From positions 160,001-224,000 of the forward strand of contig OY759353.1 of NCBI GenBank assembly GCA_963662315.1: a DNA stretch of 64,000 bases. Direction: 5' to 3'. The position numbers were made by a program, and so were the translations under genes. Source of the DNA: Geopsychrobacteraceae bacterium (GTDB lineage: Bacteria; Desulfobacterota; Desulfuromonadia; Desulfuromonadales; Geopsychrobacteraceae). Position 1 is the first letter of the stretch. Each line of letters opens with the position of its first letter. Positions 61,553-64,000 of the stretch are shown here, in pieces. The notes beneath the pieces were generated by a model. That model was not told the origin of the DNA, ran no database searches, and worked only from the letters and a program-made list of their open reading frames with translations.

Positions 61553-61964
61553 AAAAAATCTCCTTAACCAAGATGGGCATTAAAAGCAAAACAAGTTCAA
61601 TGCCGCCAATCTGTGCCATGTCCGGAAGATCTTCTTATGAACCATCACTGTTTAAGAGAATGTTCAGATAGGTCTGGTTGACAGTCGCTGTCACCACCCG
61701 CCATGGCTTTAAAATGTGCTGCACACACTGTGCGTTACCGCGCCATTGCGGAATAGTTACCGACGTTAAACGGTGTGGGATAGGAATAAGCCGGAATATG
61801 AAGATAACGGTCACGCTTGGTCGGGATGCCTTCTTTGGCCATGCTCCCAGAAGCCAAGCTCCTATCACTATGATTCTGGATGTTAAGAGCAGCAGGAAAA
61901 ATAAGATTGGAAAAATCGGAACGGTCTTATCCTGAAAGCATTACTCTGGGTAGATTAGAGACAA

Positions 61965-62000
61965 AAAAACAGCGCCATCGATGAAGACAGCGCTGTTTTT
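61965..62000 (-). terminator. Intrinsic terminator after the outer-membrane channel gene
   Basis: AAAAACAGCGC...GCGCTGTTTTT. Confidence 0.6.
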
Positions 62001-62028
62001 CGAGTTAGCAGCAATGAAATGAATGCGT

Positions 62029-62877
62029 TTAAAAGGAATAACCCAAGCGCAGCCACACATCGTCGCCGCGAGTATCATTGATTGCTTTTATGTCGTGAGT
62101 CCAGCGCAAGTTGAGCCCGAGGCGGTCATTGAACATATATCCTAACGATGGTCCGATCTGCCAGCGTTCGGCCTGACTATCGGCGACTTTATTACCCTGA
62201 GCTTTAATTTTCCCGAGATCACGATAAAAACCACCGTTAAGTCCAAGTGTAAGTTTTTCTGTCAGTTGATAGCCCATACTCGCTTCAACCTCAATTCGAT
62301 CTGGATTTGACGTCTTGGTGTCACTTTCTTCTCTATGCTGATAATAATTCAGATTCATATCATAAACCAGAGAGCCAAACTGTTTGTTCAAAGCCAATTG
62401 ATGCTCAAAATACCAGTGGTGGCCGCCTAAATTGATACTCTGCTCCTTATCCCATTCACCGGTGGGAGCCATGACATAAAACCAGTAAGACAGATAAGTC
62501 CGAGTGTCATCATTGTGATACAGAAAAATCGCGGGACCAAAGGCCAGATCTCCGATTCCTGAGGATGATTCCTTGAACAGTTTCGTTTCTTTGAGTTCGC
62601 CAAAGGGCAGAATCGCCTGAAAAGCGAAGGGGATATTACCCAGGGTTTTGTACCCAACCACCCGGGCAATGGCGACAGAAGCGGTCAAATCTGCGGAAAC
62701 CGCTTTATGACCATCACCATCGGTAAACTGATCAGCATGATAATAATTGCCATAGAACAGGCCATAAACACCTTGCGGAGGCAAGGCATTATCGTAAAAA
62801 TCGACCATAACGGCGCCAGCGTTGGTCGCGCCCAGAAACATCAGGAGTAAAACCAGTCTCATTGTTAACGTTTTCAT
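62029..62877 (-). CDS. Outer-membrane beta-barrel channel (SphA/Phenol_MetA_deg family)
   Basis: Signal peptide, SGIGDL, APTGEWD...INLG, alternating aromatic strands, C-terminal Phe. Confidence 0.8.
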   Translation of the reverse strand: MKTLTMRLVLLLMFLGATNAGAVMVDFYDNALPPQGVYGLFYGNYYHADQFTDGDGHKAVSADLTASVAIARVVGYKTLGNIPFAFQAILPFGELKETKLFKESSSGIGDLAFGPAIFLYHNDDTRTYLSYWFYVMAPTGEWDKEQSINLGGHHWYFEHQLALNKQFGSLVYDMNLNYYQHREESDTKTSNPDRIEVEASMGYQLTEKLTLGLNGGFYRDLGKIKAQGNKVADSQAERWQIGPSLGYMFNDRLGLNLRWTHDIKAINDTRGDDVWLRLGYSF

Positions 62878-62933
62878 TCTATTCTCCTTGTTGACAATGT
62901 GATTCATTGCCAATAGATAGTGAGTTTTCATTG

Positions 62934-63521
62934 TTAGTGATGTGACAGAACCCGCCTGAACGCCAGCAGAGCCAGAACGAGGTATTCGACCTGTTGCTGC
63001 TCAAGTTTCAGGTAACGGCGAAATGCCGGCAGGCGGTTCTCGACTTCACTGCCCGCATAAGGTTCCAGCTGCAGCCGCCATCCCTGTTCTGTCGCGGTTA
63101 TTTCACAATACCGAAAATGCAGACCATTCAGGGCCACCGCCAGATTCTTATCCTGTTCCAGGGCCAGACACAGGGGCTGCAGCGACTGACCAGAGGCCTG
63201 ATCAGTGCGACAGCGCACCCCGCGACTGCGTAACCAGCCACTATTTGCGATCATCACACGACCGTTTTGATGTGGCTCTTGTCCCGGAATTTCACAGGAT
63301 ATTCTGACCGCAGCAACATGCATCATAAAGTGAGCCTCAACCCGTTCCCTCAGGCTGCAGTTAAAGCGTCCCTGCTGCTCGGCCAGCTCGATCACACCAT
63401 TGCTATGACTGACAACGCTGAAGCGCCCGCTAAGATCTCGGCAGACACGTTGCAGAAGAGCTCCGGGAATGTAGCTCCGGGGATGCCGATTCCATAAATG
63501 ATTAAACAGCTTCACAGGCAT
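62934..63521 (-). CDS. DUF3156-like protein
   Basis: YIPGA.L.R, HFMMH, GSEV.NR.P.FRRY pattern; overlaps the APC permease stop; start uncertain. Confidence 0.65.
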   Translation of the reverse strand: MPVKLFNHLWNRHPRSYIPGALLQRVCRDLSGRFSVVSHSNGVIELAEQQGRFNCSLRERVEAHFMMHVAAVRISCEIPGQEPHQNGRVMIANSGWLRSRGVRCRTDQASGQSLQPLCLALEQDKNLAVALNGLHFRYCEITATEQGWRLQLEPYAGSEVENRLPAFRRYLKLEQQQVEYLVLALLAFRRVLSHH

Positions 63522-64000
63522 TGCTGAGGTCATCACTACTGTCATCCAGATCGATAATGTGGGTTCCCATGCGACCAAACTCTTCATCGAGAAGTAATTC
63601 AATAGAAACCGGTTGAAACGGATTAACCTTCTGTACCAGCAGGGTCCAGACCAAGGCATACAAAGCGGTCAAGGCAAGCATGATCCCGAATGGAATATAG
63701 ACCTCCATAGCATCCATGCCCGGAGGGGCGATATAGCAGATGGCGATAACAATCCCCAGGGAAGAAACCAGCTGCGGAATGGGAAACCATGGAGAGCGAT
63801 AAGCGCGGGGGAGGTCAGGGCGTCTGAAGCGTAATACGACGACAGACAGGGTCACAAGCAGATACGCCACCCCCCAGGAACAGACAGCTGCCAGAATCAG
63901 GTGGAGGATTTGATCGAGGTTACCCTTGAGATACCAGGCATGGCCGCAGGGTATCAGTGCTGCAACGATAATTCCGGCAACCGGGCTTTTGAAGCGGGGA
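63502..64000 (-). CDS. APC-family amino acid/amine permease (C-terminal part, runs off the window)
   Basis: Frame open to the window edge; PRFKSP...LRFRRPDLPRAYRSP motifs with TM helices. Confidence 0.85.
   Translation of the reverse strand, partial: PRFKSPVAGIIVAALIPCGHAWYLKGNLDQILHLILAAVCSWGVAYLLVTLSVVVLRFRRPDLPRAYRSPWFPIPQLVSSLGIVIAICYIAPPGMDAMEVYIPFGIMLALTALYALVWTLLVQKVNPFQPVSIELLLDEEFGRMGTHIIDLDDSSDDLSNACEAV

Noticed and set aside
61590..61625. TGGCAC boxes upstream of ridA (also near 190-205 and 51545) as sigma-54 promoters
   Set aside because: The -12 GC is missing or wrongly spaced.

Overview
Gene-dense bacterial chromosomal window. Many sigma-54 activators, a multiheme cytochrome and the general gene style suggest a Desulfuromonadales-like deltaproteobacterium (inference only). 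It is a mosaic of accessory metabolic modules. (1) An AT-rich cassette: exported flavocytochrome-c-type FAD reductase with a non-fumarate active site, tetraheme cytochrome, MFS transporter and a divergent membrane-anchored one-component sigma-54 activator. (2) An assimilatory sulfate operon (DUF2061-cysH-cysD-cysN with a decayed APS kinase domain-sir) running into tusA-like and mnmA genes. (3) A cbiR-like gene divergent from ovoA, which is coupled to a class-V PLP enzyme. (4) An orphan flagellin and a lipoprotein MsrAB. (5) A two-component-controlled aspA-nhaC-asparaginase operon. (6) dhaR-dhaK-dhaL plus a self-contained DhaM-HPr-EI fusion. (7) An HxlR/cupin pair, an orphan Cys-rich RelE-like protein, a DASS transporter, an atypical aroE, cheV and katG. 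(8) The 3' part of a putative amine-catabolism cluster (APC permease, DUF3156, outer-membrane channel, RidA, TynB/OCD-like, a three-subunit opine-dehydrogenase-like complex, Fe-ADH) containing a MITE-like element. No rRNA, tRNA, CRISPR array, transposase or phage gene was recognised. Best candidates for undescribed systems: the amine cluster (possible opine-intermediate route), the orphan-substrate flavocytochrome cassette, and the sulfate-to-tRNA-thiolation operon. All family calls come from motif recognition, not database searches.
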